Shown piece after piece: positions 54,034-63,244 of a DNA stretch of 64,000 bases (positions are counted from its first letter, which is position 1; each line of letters begins with the position of its first letter). Location of the stretch: NCBI GenBank assembly GCA_020723305.1, contig DYJC01000003.1, positions 270,418-334,417 on the forward strand, in the 5' to 3' direction. The notes beneath the pieces are model-generated. The model was not told the DNA's origin and ran no database searches. It was given only the letters and a program-made list of their open reading frames with translations. The stretch is from Desulfosudis oleivorans (GTDB lineage: Bacteria; Desulfobacterota; Desulfobacteria; Desulfobacterales; SURF-7). Position numbers and translations under genes: made by a program.

Positions 54034-56364
54034 TCACAACGCTTTGTTTTTTGCATCCAGCACATTCCGGATCATCGCCGCAAGTTCATTGATACCAAAG
54101 GGTTTCATCAACAGCCCCTTGGCTCCGATCTTTTTTGAAACCGCTTCTGTAATCGTATCTTTATAACCCGTACTGATAATGACAGGTAGTCCGGGTTTTA
54201 TTTTAAAGATTTCCCGGATCAGGTCTTCTCCGGTCAGTTGCGGCATGGTCATATCGGTGATCACCAGATCAAAAAGATCCGGTTCAGCCTTTAATTTGTC
54301 CAGAGCCCTGAGTGGATTGGTTTCCGCTTGCACACGATACCCCAGTCTCTCAAGCTGTTTTTGTGTAATCTGCGCGATTAATTCTTCATCATCCACAAAC
54401 AGGATTGTGCTGTTCCCTTCGGGTATTTCACAGGATATTTTTTTCTCTTCCTCACATTCAACATTCACCATCGGGAACAGGATACGAAAACTGGTTCCCT
54501 CATTGATCCGGCTTGTCACCTTGATATCCCCGCCATAATTTTTGACAATGCCGTGTACCACGGAAAGTCCCATTCCGCAACCTTTACCAACCTCTTTGGT
54601 AGTAAAATAGGGGTCGAAAATTTTCTCGATCACACCTTCATCAATTCCTTCTCCATTATCGCGAACCTCAAGTTGGACATAATTCCCGGCAGAAAGACAA
54701 TGATTGCTGTTCAAATCAGGCTTATCAATAAAGGTATTGGACAGTTCGATATCCAGCATCCCTTTTCTGTTTTCCATGGCATGAACAGCGTTTGTAAATA
54801 GATTCAGAATGATCTGGTGTATCTGTGTGGGATTGGCCATGACGATGCCAATTGGATCATGAACCGTTTTCCGGATCGTGATATTGGGTGGGGCAGAGGC
54901 TCGCAAAAGTTTTAGGGAATCCTCAATAACCATATCGAGCTTTATGGGTTTCAACTGGTCTTCGGCTTTCCAGCTGAAAATTAAAAGTTGCTGTATCACA
55001 TCTTTGGCCCGGAGGGTTGCATTTCGAATCTCCGCCAGATTTTTCCGGGCCGGATTCCATTCCGGCACGTCATCCATGGCGATTTCCGTATTACCGAGGA
55101 TGATACTCAGGATATTGTTAAAATTGTGCGCGATTCCGCCGGAAAGTGTACCCATGGATTCCATTTTCTGGGAATACCGCAGTTGTTTTTCAAGTGCTTC
55201 CTTTTCCTGTGCAGCGATTTTTCTTTCCGAGATGTCGCGGACAAAGCCCCGAAAACCTGCCGGTTGGTTATCCGAATCATATAGAAGGGTCACGGATGTT
55301 TCAATCCATCTACTTGTACCATCCGGCCGGGAAATCTTCCAGTCAATTCCTTTATTCGGTTTCCCGGTTCTGAATACCTCATTAAAAGTTTTGTAGACCT
55401 TATAGGCTGTTTCATCATCCATATATTTACGGTTATTCATTCCTATGAGTTCTTCTTTTCGATTGCCGGCAATTTTGCTCATGGAATCGTTACAGAAAAC
55501 CATATTACCGGCCAGATCCACTTCAAAATATCCATCCTCGAAAATATTCAGGATGGTCCGGTATCGCTCCTCACTGATTTTCAGGGTGTTTTCGGCAATG
55601 GTTTTTTTCTTTTCATTTTGTCTGGCATGCCAGATTGTGTATAAGGAAAGAAGAATGATGAAAAAAAGTATGACGGAAAAGAGATATTGAAGATTTAGGC
55701 TGAGCTGATGGATTCTTGTCTGTACATCTTCCAGGTAAATTCCGGTTCCAATGATCCATCCCCAGGGTTTAAATTCTCTTACATAGGAAAGCTTGGGAAC
55801 AATCCGGTCAGGATCATCCTTCCATTGCCACATATATTGGACATAACCCTGCCCGTCTGCTTTTACGATTTTTACAAATTCGACAAAAAGATGTTTTCCC
55901 TCCGGATCGCTATAATTGGTCAGATCTGAACCGTTTAACTCAGGCCGATAAGGATGCACCACCATAGAGGGATGCATATCAATGATCCAGAAATAATCCT
56001 TTCTTTCCGGTCCGTACCGCAGATCACGGATGTATTCTCTGGCCAGTTGCTGCGCCTGAGACCGGCTCATCTCCTTGGTTTGAACTTTTTTTTCGAAATT
56101 GTTCAGGATCTCCCAGGTCAGGGATGTCAATTCCTTGATGGTTTCACGTTTTGTAGACATCAGATTGGATTCAAATGAGGGCAGGGTCAGGAAAAAAACA
56201 GCGCCGATAAACAGAATAACTGTAATACCTACGGGTAATGCGACATTGGTCACCGTAGGTGCGGCAATGAATTGCAACATGCGTTTCAGTATGGTGTATG
56301 TCTGCCTGTTCTCAGCTATCATAATAGGAGCAATCCTGAATTCGTCTTTCCAGCCCGTCAACAT
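54034..56364 (-). CDS. Hybrid sensor kinase (Cache-type periplasmic sensor-PAS-HisKA-HATPase-REC)
   Basis: Cache-like block DYFWIIDMHPSMVVHPYRPELNGSDL...GYVQYMWQWKDD between two TM helices, then PAS/PAC. The H-box is GGIAHNFNNILSIILGNTEI, followed by GCGMGLSVVHGIVKNYGG and the receiver ILFVDDEELIA...DLVITDMTMPQLTG. No clear RBS was seen, so the start is uncertain (56280-56364). Confidence 0.85.
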   Translation of the reverse strand: MLTGWKDEFRIAPIMIAENRQTYTILKRMLQFIAAPTVTNVALPVGITVILFIGAVFFLTLPSFESNLMSTKRETIKELTSLTWEILNNFEKKVQTKEMSRSQAQQLAREYIRDLRYGPERKDYFWIIDMHPSMVVHPYRPELNGSDLTNYSDPEGKHLFVEFVKIVKADGQGYVQYMWQWKDDPDRIVPKLSYVREFKPWGWIIGTGIYLEDVQTRIHQLSLNLQYLFSVILFFIILLSLYTIWHARQNEKKKTIAENTLKISEERYRTILNIFEDGYFEVDLAGNMVFCNDSMSKIAGNRKEELIGMNNRKYMDDETAYKVYKTFNEVFRTGKPNKGIDWKISRPDGTSRWIETSVTLLYDSDNQPAGFRGFVRDISERKIAAQEKEALEKQLRYSQKMESMGTLSGGIAHNFNNILSIILGNTEIAMDDVPEWNPARKNLAEIRNATLRAKDVIQQLLIFSWKAEDQLKPIKLDMVIEDSLKLLRASAPPNITIRKTVHDPIGIVMANPTQIHQIILNLFTNAVHAMENRKGMLDIELSNTFIDKPDLNSNHCLSAGNYVQLEVRDNGEGIDEGVIEKIFDPYFTTKEVGKGCGMGLSVVHGIVKNYGGDIKVTSRINEGTSFRILFPMVNVECEEEKKISCEIPEGNSTILFVDDEELIAQITQKQLERLGYRVQAETNPLRALDKLKAEPDLFDLVITDMTMPQLTGEDLIREIFKIKPGLPVIISTGYKDTITEAVSKKIGAKGLLMKPFGINELAAMIRNVLDAKNKAL

Positions 56365-56726
56365 TTATGCTTTTTTAAACAATCTCAATTGGTTTTGCAA
56401 GCACAATTCTATCTTTTTTTCCGCGATATCAAAATCCGGGAAAACCTGGATTACAGGGGAGTATGATCCCATGGACTTTTGAAATCGGCTCAATTGATGA
56501 AATAAGGGAACAGTGACGATATTTCGCATGCAGCCGTGAAATATAGAAAGTTCAATGAAGCATAATATAGTGGAAGGAGGAACGAAAACATAAAAATATG
56601 TAATTAATATGGAATGTTGCCATGCTATTTCGGTAGTGGCATACAAATTGAAACTGCGAACAGTCATGAATAAAATGGTTTTGGAGAGTCGAAAATATAC
56701 GGCAACAATCATCAAGGAGAGGTTTT

Positions 56727-57368
56727 ATGTTTGCACTATTTCATAGCGGCGGAATGTTTATGTATGTCATTCTGGTGGTTTCAATTGTGGCGTTTGCCTT
56801 GTTCTGTGAAAGGGTGAGCTTCCTTTATTTCCGTCTGAAACTGAACATGGACAGTCCGTTTCAAAAAATTTTGAGAAGACTTCATGAAACCAATTTCCGG
56901 GGAGCAATGGAGGAGTGTGCAAGGATTGAAAAACATCCTTTGGGAAGGATTTTAAAGGCGGGTCTTTTGAAGTCGGACAAGCGGGATAAGGATATTGAAC
57001 GGGCTTTGGAAGAAAAAATACTGGAAGAGATACCCTTTGTAAAAGCCCGCATCAATCTGCTTACCATGTTTGCAAACATCTCAACACTTCTTGGCCTGCT
57101 GGGAACGATTGCCGGTCTGATCAGCGCTTTTGAAGGTTTAAGTACGGCAACAGGAGCCATGAAGCAGGAGGTACTTGCAAGTGGTATATCGGTTGCAATG
57201 TTGACCACGGCTTTTGGATTGATTGTGGCGATTCCTTGTCTGGTCGGTTTCTATTTCCTCAACAACCGGGGGGAATTTATCATTGAGCAACTGGAGACAA
57301 AAGCACTCAGCCTGTTCAACGTCCTTTCATCCATCAAGAGGGAAAAGGAGCTGCAATGTCAATCCTGA
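56727..57368 (+). CDS. MotA/TolQ/ExbB-family proton channel (AglR-like)
   Basis: Three TM segments with the family C-terminal block GLLGTIAGLISAF...GISVAMLTTAFGLIVAIPCLVGFYFL. Confidence 0.9.
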   Translation: MFALFHSGGMFMYVILVVSIVAFALFCERVSFLYFRLKLNMDSPFQKILRRLHETNFRGAMEECARIEKHPLGRILKAGLLKSDKRDKDIERALEEKILEEIPFVKARINLLTMFANISTLLGLLGTIAGLISAFEGLSTATGAMKQEVLASGISVAMLTTAFGLIVAIPCLVGFYFLNNRGEFIIEQLETKALSLFNVLSSIKREKELQCQS

Positions 57369-57868
57369 GAAAACAGCGCAAAGCCAATAGGGAAGAGGAT
57401 GATCCGGATATGGTTCCGGTCATGAATCTGTTTCTCGTATTGATTCCATTCCTGCTGATGTCTGCAAGCTTTTACCATCTGAAGGCGATCAACACTTCCG
57501 TACCGGTTCTTTCCCAGCAGAGTGAAGATATGGAAGAGGAAGCGAAAAAGGAAATCAAATTGACTGTCATTGTGGAAATCAAGGAAAAGCAGATCGACGT
57601 ATCTGCCCTTTCAGGGGAGGTTGGAGTAGAACTGCTGAAGGGTCTGGAGAGAACGATTGATCGAAAGGGCAGTGATGAACAGACCATGAAAGCATTATCG
57701 GATTGTCTGGAGAAGATCAAGTCCGGTTTTCCTGCCAGTGATACGGTGATTATTATACCGGAGGAAGATGTCGTGTATGAGACAATCATTCAGACAATGG
57801 ATGTAGCAAGGTATTATAATGAAAGCCCCCTGTTTCCGAAAGTAGTTCTTTCCGGGAAAGTAGGTTGA
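57356..57868 (+). CDS. ExbD/TolR-family protein 1
   Basis: Single TM helix with a conserved Asp just before it (DPDMVPVMNLFLVLIPFLLM) and a periplasmic domain. It overlaps the upstream gene by 13 nt. Confidence 0.8.
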   Translation: MSILRKQRKANREEDDPDMVPVMNLFLVLIPFLLMSASFYHLKAINTSVPVLSQQSEDMEEEAKKEIKLTVIVEIKEKQIDVSALSGEVGVELLKGLERTIDRKGSDEQTMKALSDCLEKIKSGFPASDTVIIIPEEDVVYETIIQTMDVARYYNESPLFPKVVLSGKVG

Positions 57869-57900
57869 TCGGGTATATTGATAATCTGAGGAAATCATCA

Positions 57901-58389
57901 ATGGCACTTGGCAGACGAAATAAACGAAACCGGCAGTTTGTTCCACCCAAATTGCAATTAACTTCCATGATGGACATGTTTACCATTATTCTGATTTTCC
58001 TGCTTGTATCATTTTCGGATAAACCGGAAACCATGAACCTGGAGAAAAATCTGGAATTGCCGGTGTCCGATGCAAAACTGGATTACAATGACAATATCAA
58101 ACTGGTTCTGTCCCGGGACAGCCTGTATCTGGGGGATGAGCGGATTGCCGGGATTCAGGATGGAAAGATCGAAGGGCTGAATCCAACCAGGCTGGAAGAT
58201 TCAGTGCTGTATAAGGAGTTGATGGCATACCATAAAGAGGAAATAGATGGTGATCCAAAAGCGGATAAAGAGGTTTCGATTCTTTTTTTATGCGACAAAC
58301 GGCTCTCTTTTAAAACAGTCAACAGCATCATTAAAACTGCCGGAATGGCAGGATACCCCAATTTTCAGTTCGGGGTATTAAAAAAATAA
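57901..58389 (+). CDS. ExbD/TolR-family protein 2
   Basis: LTSMMDMFTIILIFLLVSF (TM Asp) and the C-terminal periplasmic block VSILFLCDKRLSFKTVNSIIKTAGMAGY. The ATG at 57901 follows GAGGA. Confidence 0.85.
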   Translation: MALGRRNKRNRQFVPPKLQLTSMMDMFTIILIFLLVSFSDKPETMNLEKNLELPVSDAKLDYNDNIKLVLSRDSLYLGDERIAGIQDGKIEGLNPTRLEDSVLYKELMAYHKEEIDGDPKADKEVSILFLCDKRLSFKTVNSIIKTAGMAGYPNFQFGVLKK

Positions 58390-58410
58390 GAAGGAATAGG
58401 AACTGTACCC

Positions 58411-58752
58411 ATGAAAAAAGGCATCAAAAAATCAATTCAGACTGTGCTTATTGCTCTATTACTGGTGGTGGGTTCCGGTTTTGGAAGTTCCCTTGCTGGA
58501 ACCTCCAGCGAAACAGGAACTTCCGGCAAACAGGATCCGGAAAAAACAGCTCTGACGAATCGAATCGATTTCGGGAACTCATATATCATGGGGCAGTCCA
58601 TCAAGTCAGGGGCTGTGTACCTGTTGCAGCGAAAAAAAACAGACATCAGCAGCATGCTGAAGTGCCGGTCCGATTACCGTGATGAAATTCTGGAAGATTT
58701 TCAATTTGAAGAAGTGGAAAAGGATCGGAAAACAGGTTCGAAAAAACCGTAA
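58411..58752 (+). CDS. Small secreted protein of unknown function (position equivalent to GltF-like)
   Basis: Signal-peptide-like MKKGIKKSIQTVLIALLLVVGSGFGSSLAG. 113 aa. No recognisable domain. Confidence 0.5.
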   Translation: MKKGIKKSIQTVLIALLLVVGSGFGSSLAGTSSETGTSGKQDPEKTALTNRIDFGNSYIMGQSIKSGAVYLLQRKKTDISSMLKCRSDYRDEILEDFQFEEVEKDRKTGSKKP

Positions 58753-58786
58753 CTTTATACCATAAGAACGATCCGGGGAAGGAAAA

Positions 58787-60982
58787 ATGAACTACCAGAA
58801 TACACATCTTGAGAAAAAAAGATTTGAAACCATTCCAACCGATAAAAAAGAGTCCGGCGCAGGATGCTTGATTTCTCAGTTTTTCATTTTCAAAAAAGAT
58901 GTTCATGTCGGATGGGACTGCTTTTACAAAGAGAAAATCATCATCGGCAGCAGTGAAAAGGCGGATCTTGTCCTGAAGGGAAATGATATTTCAGCTATCC
59001 ACGCGATTGTTTATCTGAAAAACAATCAGATTGTGGTGATGTCCCAGAACAAGGAGGGGAAGGTTCTGGTCAACAATCAATCAGCAGAGATGGCGATTCT
59101 TGGAAAATTCGATTATCTGGATATCGGGCCCTATACAATTAAAATCAAGCTTCTGGAGAGTGGCAATCCGGTTTCAGATAAACAGAATATACTGAAAAAA
59201 AGAAAGAATGTTGTATTACCGAAAAGACCTGAAGGGATATCAATTAAAGATGATTCAAAAAAAGAAAGAACAAGTCGATCCATGGCTGATCAACAACATT
59301 CGGCAAAATCCGACCCATTGGAAACTGAAATATTTGACTCGATCCAGAGAGACAGCAAGAATACGATTCAAATTCCGGAAAACAAACCGGATATCGGACG
59401 GGAAAAAATAGAAAACCCTCGTCTTCATGCTCCGGATACGGATGAAGACGAAGATGAAGATGATGACCGTGAAGCGCTGTTTGGGCTTAAAGAGATGATC
59501 CTGAATGATGGCCGGAATATGAAAGCCTCTGCGGACAGCCGGGAAATCAATGTGGAGGTGACAAAATTCAAGAACAACACAATGGTGGATATCTTTTTTT
59601 TAAAGCCGAAGAATCAATACCATATCCGATCCAAAGACCGGAAATTTCTCTTGGCTGAACATTCAGAAAAAAATACCTGTTTTTTTTACTTCAGCGATCA
59701 TGTCTGGGGCACCATCCTGAAAAACGGCTCTGATGCGGTAAAGACCGACCATTTGAAGAAAACAGCAAATCTACAGAATGAAAATAAAGGAATTTATCAA
59801 TATCCCATTCAAATTGGGGATACCGTTACAGTTACCGATGGCATCTTTGATTATATCATACGATCAATTTTTGTAGAAGAGAGTCCGGCGATCAACTTGC
59901 CGGAACAAGAGGAAAAAGTATTTCATAAGTACATGATAAAATCCTCAATCTTTCATATGTTTCTTCTTGTATTCCTCGGCTTTTTCAATTCCGTGAAGCA
60001 ACCTGAACCCTTGCCCCCTGAAACACATTTCGTAAAAATCGATACATCCGAGCTTTCAAAAATCATAACCATGAAAAGACCGGTAGAGAAGCCGGTAGTT
60101 AAACCAAAGATCATGGAACCCATGGTTGAAAAAAAGCAGATTGTCATGGAAAGCAAGAAAAAAGCACCTGAAGTAGTGGAAAACAAGAAAATGATATCCA
60201 AAGCAATGGAAAACAGAAAACAGATGTCCCAACCAGGCAAGGGAAACAGTAAAAAAAGCGGCAACCAGGTAGTTTCCCGATCACCGCAGGCAGGCGGTGG
60301 TTTTGGACAGGGAAATATTTCGAATCGAAATATCAATCAGCAGGGGTTGCTAAGCATGCTTGGGAACAGTGTGGGTATCCAACCTCAGGCCGCGATGGCA
60401 GCGGTCACAAATCTGGATGCGGTTTCTACTGTTCATTCCGGTAATGCAAACTTCAAGGTTGGCGGAATTGCCGGAAACCTTGGGAATGCCAAGATTGAAA
60501 TTCCAAAGATTTCCAATACCGGGATTGTCGGTACCAAGGGTTCTTCTCAGGTTTTGCGAAGTTATGGAGCAGAAGGAGCGGGAACGGTTGCAGCACTTGA
60601 AAAAGGAAGGATCGGACAAAAACAGGTTCAGGGAATGGTATCTGCGCAGTTGAGTGCTCAATTGCGTATGGCTGTCGGGGTAAGTGGCGGTATGAGCCGC
60701 GAGGCAGTGAAAAAGGTAATTGATCAGCATCTGGACGAGATCAGTTACTGCTATGAAACAGCGCTGATTTCAAATCCATCCATCATGGGAAAAGTGATTT
60801 TCGAGTGGAAAATTCTGACATCCGGAAAGGTCGGGATGGTTCAGATCAAATCTTCTACCATTAATTCAAATGAAATCCACTCCTGCATAAAAGCTGCGAT
60901 TCAAACCTGGCAGTTTCCACAGCCAAAAGGCAGTGAAGTGATTGTATCGTATCCATTTGTTTTTGATATTGTCGGGTTCTGA
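58787..60982 (+). CDS. Bitopic protein: cytoplasmic FHA domain, TM helix, Pro/Lys/Glu-rich TonB-like spacer, AgmX/PglI-type (TonB-C-like) C-terminal domain
   Basis: FHA-like block IIIGSSEKADLVLKGNDISAIHAIVYLKNNQIVVMSQNKEGKVLVNN. TM helix IFHMFLLVFLGFF. Spacer KRPVEKPVVKPKIMEPMVEKK. C-terminus MSREAVKKVIDQHLDEISYCYE...IHSCIKAAIQTWQFPQPKG...VSYPFVF. Confidence 0.75.
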   Translation: MNYQNTHLEKKRFETIPTDKKESGAGCLISQFFIFKKDVHVGWDCFYKEKIIIGSSEKADLVLKGNDISAIHAIVYLKNNQIVVMSQNKEGKVLVNNQSAEMAILGKFDYLDIGPYTIKIKLLESGNPVSDKQNILKKRKNVVLPKRPEGISIKDDSKKERTSRSMADQQHSAKSDPLETEIFDSIQRDSKNTIQIPENKPDIGREKIENPRLHAPDTDEDEDEDDDREALFGLKEMILNDGRNMKASADSREINVEVTKFKNNTMVDIFFLKPKNQYHIRSKDRKFLLAEHSEKNTCFFYFSDHVWGTILKNGSDAVKTDHLKKTANLQNENKGIYQYPIQIGDTVTVTDGIFDYIIRSIFVEESPAINLPEQEEKVFHKYMIKSSIFHMFLLVFLGFFNSVKQPEPLPPETHFVKIDTSELSKIITMKRPVEKPVVKPKIMEPMVEKKQIVMESKKKAPEVVENKKMISKAMENRKQMSQPGKGNSKKSGNQVVSRSPQAGGGFGQGNISNRNINQQGLLSMLGNSVGIQPQAAMAAVTNLDAVSTVHSGNANFKVGGIAGNLGNAKIEIPKISNTGIVGTKGSSQVLRSYGAEGAGTVAALEKGRIGQKQVQGMVSAQLSAQLRMAVGVSGGMSREAVKKVIDQHLDEISYCYETALISNPSIMGKVIFEWKILTSGKVGMVQIKSSTINSNEIHSCIKAAIQTWQFPQPKGSEVIVSYPFVFDIVGF

Positions 60983-61017
60983 CCCGTAATCATAATCCTG
61001 TTTAGGAGAGAGAAAAC

Positions 61018-61740
61018 ATGAAGAAAAGAGTAACGATTTTTGCCCTGATCCTGATGGCGGTTTTTAACCCGATCTGGGGAATCTGTGAAGACAATGACCC
61101 CAAAGATCCGGTTTCAGCCATTCAAAAACGAATTTTTCATAAGAGTCATGAATTGGGCCTGCCATTCGGCTATATCCCGGATGATGATTTTTATGAAGTC
61201 CTTCCTGTCGGTGTCAGCTATACCTATAACTTTAATGAAAACTGGGCATGGGAAGTGGCAAGAGGGCTGTATTTTGTCAATCAGGAAAAGGATCTCAAGG
61301 GTAAACTTGAAATTGAATTCGGTGTCACGCCTTCTGAATTCAGTGAACCAAAGTATATGATCCATTCCAGCATCATGATGAAGCCATTTTATGGAAAAGA
61401 ATCCATATGGAATAAAGGGATTGTCAACAAGGAAAGCTATTTCCTGATTGGAGGTGGGGTTGTCAATTACGAGAGGCAATTCAGTTACGGTGAACCTTCA
61501 ACCGAAAATGCCCTGTCCATCAATCTTGGATATGGAAGCCGGTATTTTATTACAGAGACCCTGTGTCTGAACATTGAAATACGGGACATGATTACATTCA
61601 AAGAAGAAGAAACGGTAAACAACATATTTATCGGATGTACGGTTGGCTTCCGGTTTAATCTTTCTCCCCGGGAAACAGAGAAGGATCAGACAGTGGATAT
61701 GATGAAAACCTACTTAAAGAAAAATGATGAAAATGAATAA
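61018..61740 (+). CDS. Outer-membrane beta-barrel protein (small, about 8-10 strands)
   Basis: Signal peptide MKKRVTIFALILMAVFNPIWG. Alternating amphipathic strands. An aromatic-rich terminal strand (IFIGCTVGFRFNL) precedes a short hydrophilic tail. Confidence 0.6.
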   Translation: MKKRVTIFALILMAVFNPIWGICEDNDPKDPVSAIQKRIFHKSHELGLPFGYIPDDDFYEVLPVGVSYTYNFNENWAWEVARGLYFVNQEKDLKGKLEIEFGVTPSEFSEPKYMIHSSIMMKPFYGKESIWNKGIVNKESYFLIGGGVVNYERQFSYGEPSTENALSINLGYGSRYFITETLCLNIEIRDMITFKEEETVNNIFIGCTVGFRFNLSPRETEKDQTVDMMKTYLKKNDENE

Positions 61741-63244
61741 AAAACTATTTTTTTTGATTCTAATCCTTTTTGTATTGTTTTTCAGGAGCAATGCGTTTTC
61801 TGTTGGGAATGAAAACAATTCAGAGAAGAGTGGTGTGTCCGACAGCAGTATGGATACTTCGGAAAATACGAATCGTGAAATGGCTCGGAAAGCCTTTCAG
61901 GAGGGATATGATCTGTTTGAAGATAAGGATTACAAGGATGCATGCCCCTTGTTTTATCAGTATTTGAGCAACAGTACTCCGGATGATGCGGATTATGAAT
62001 GGGCTGAGTTTTTTTTCGGGATCTGCCTCAAAAAATCAGGATTCTCTCATGCTGCAGTGGATACGCTTTCCGAACTGGTTATCCGGAAACCGAATCCGAA
62101 AATTGTTTCATACTGCTTAGAGTTTTTTGAAAATACAATCCGGACTTCCCCTTTTGATCACGATCTGGTTATCAACAAGGTGATCTGTGACCAGGAGTAT
62201 GGCTTTGTAGGAGAAGAGCTTGCTGATTTCATCCATTATCATCAGGGGGTTTATGATTGGAAGCATGGCTTTGTGTCATGGGGCGATGACCATTTTAAAA
62301 AAATCAAGCCCGGTACCTACTATTTTCATCAGTTCCAATACCATCAGGCAATGATGCGGATTCACACCGGCAGGATTGACGAGGCGATTGTCCTCTTGAA
62401 AAAGATCATGGAAAGCCCTCTTCAGGATAATCAGTTAAAAAATGAAGTCCGAAAAACCATTGCCCGTCTTCTGTATGAAAAAGGTGAATATAAAGAAGCT
62501 GACAGGCTGTATGGTGAAATCACAAAAAATATCCTTGAGCAATCCCAGAATCTGCTGGAAAGAGCATGGGCTCATTACCGGATCGGTAATCCTGAAAAGG
62601 CCATGGGCTTCTTATATGCGTTTGAGGCACCGAGCTTTCAGAATTACTTCACACCGGAATACTATATTTTGAAATCATTTATTTTCAAGGATGTTTGTCA
62701 TTATCAAAGTGCCCTGCAGGTGGTTACGGATTTTAAGGATCGATACGGTGTGGCGCTTGAAGATATTTACCAGAGAGGAAAACCGGAAGATAACTATCCA
62801 TTGATGCTGGTTCTGATGAATAAAAAGAGAGTCAATGAAACCTGGAAATTTTTAGAACTTCTGGAATCGGAAAAAAAGGAGATCGAATCGATTCAGGACA
62901 AACCCTTGGGAGATTATCTGGAAAAAATGTATGTCCTGCAAATTGAGGAAAGCACAAACGAACTTCGCCTGACCATCCAGGAAGAGTATGAAGTAATGGC
63001 CAATCAACTCCTGCGGTATGAAGAGGAATCCCATCTGATGGAATATGAGATTGGAATGGATATGTATCAGCGGATTTCTGAAAGCCATTATCAGGATGAA
63101 AAGTCCGGTGAAAAGCAATCTGAAGATGGCATGGTTGTTTATCCTTTCCAGGGCGAATTCTGGAATGATGAACTGGCGGACTACCATGTAAAATTGCCGA
63201 ATAAATGCAACAACAATGAAGAATGGGATATTTTTTTCAAATGA
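61724..63244 (+). CDS. Secreted TPR-like helical-repeat protein
   Basis: Signal peptide MMKMNKKLFFLILILFVLFFRSNAFS. All-helical repeats with TPR-like A/Y/F spacing. It overlaps both neighbouring genes. Confidence 0.6.
   Translation: MMKMNKKLFFLILILFVLFFRSNAFSVGNENNSEKSGVSDSSMDTSENTNREMARKAFQEGYDLFEDKDYKDACPLFYQYLSNSTPDDADYEWAEFFFGICLKKSGFSHAAVDTLSELVIRKPNPKIVSYCLEFFENTIRTSPFDHDLVINKVICDQEYGFVGEELADFIHYHQGVYDWKHGFVSWGDDHFKKIKPGTYYFHQFQYHQAMMRIHTGRIDEAIVLLKKIMESPLQDNQLKNEVRKTIARLLYEKGEYKEADRLYGEITKNILEQSQNLLERAWAHYRIGNPEKAMGFLYAFEAPSFQNYFTPEYYILKSFIFKDVCHYQSALQVVTDFKDRYGVALEDIYQRGKPEDNYPLMLVLMNKKRVNETWKFLELLESEKKEIESIQDKPLGDYLEKMYVLQIEESTNELRLTIQEEYEVMANQLLRYEEESHLMEYEIGMDMYQRISESHYQDEKSGEKQSEDGMVVYPFQGEFWNDELADYHVKLPNKCNNNEEWDIFFK

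Noticed and set aside
56365-56715. A 116-aa minus-strand ORF immediately upstream of the Cache-PAS kinase.
   Set aside because: It has no recognisable domain and an odd Phe/Ile/Cys-rich composition. It has no RBS and lies in the divergent promoter region between the kinase and the TolQ-like gene. I treat it as non-coding, although the true kinase start remains uncertain.
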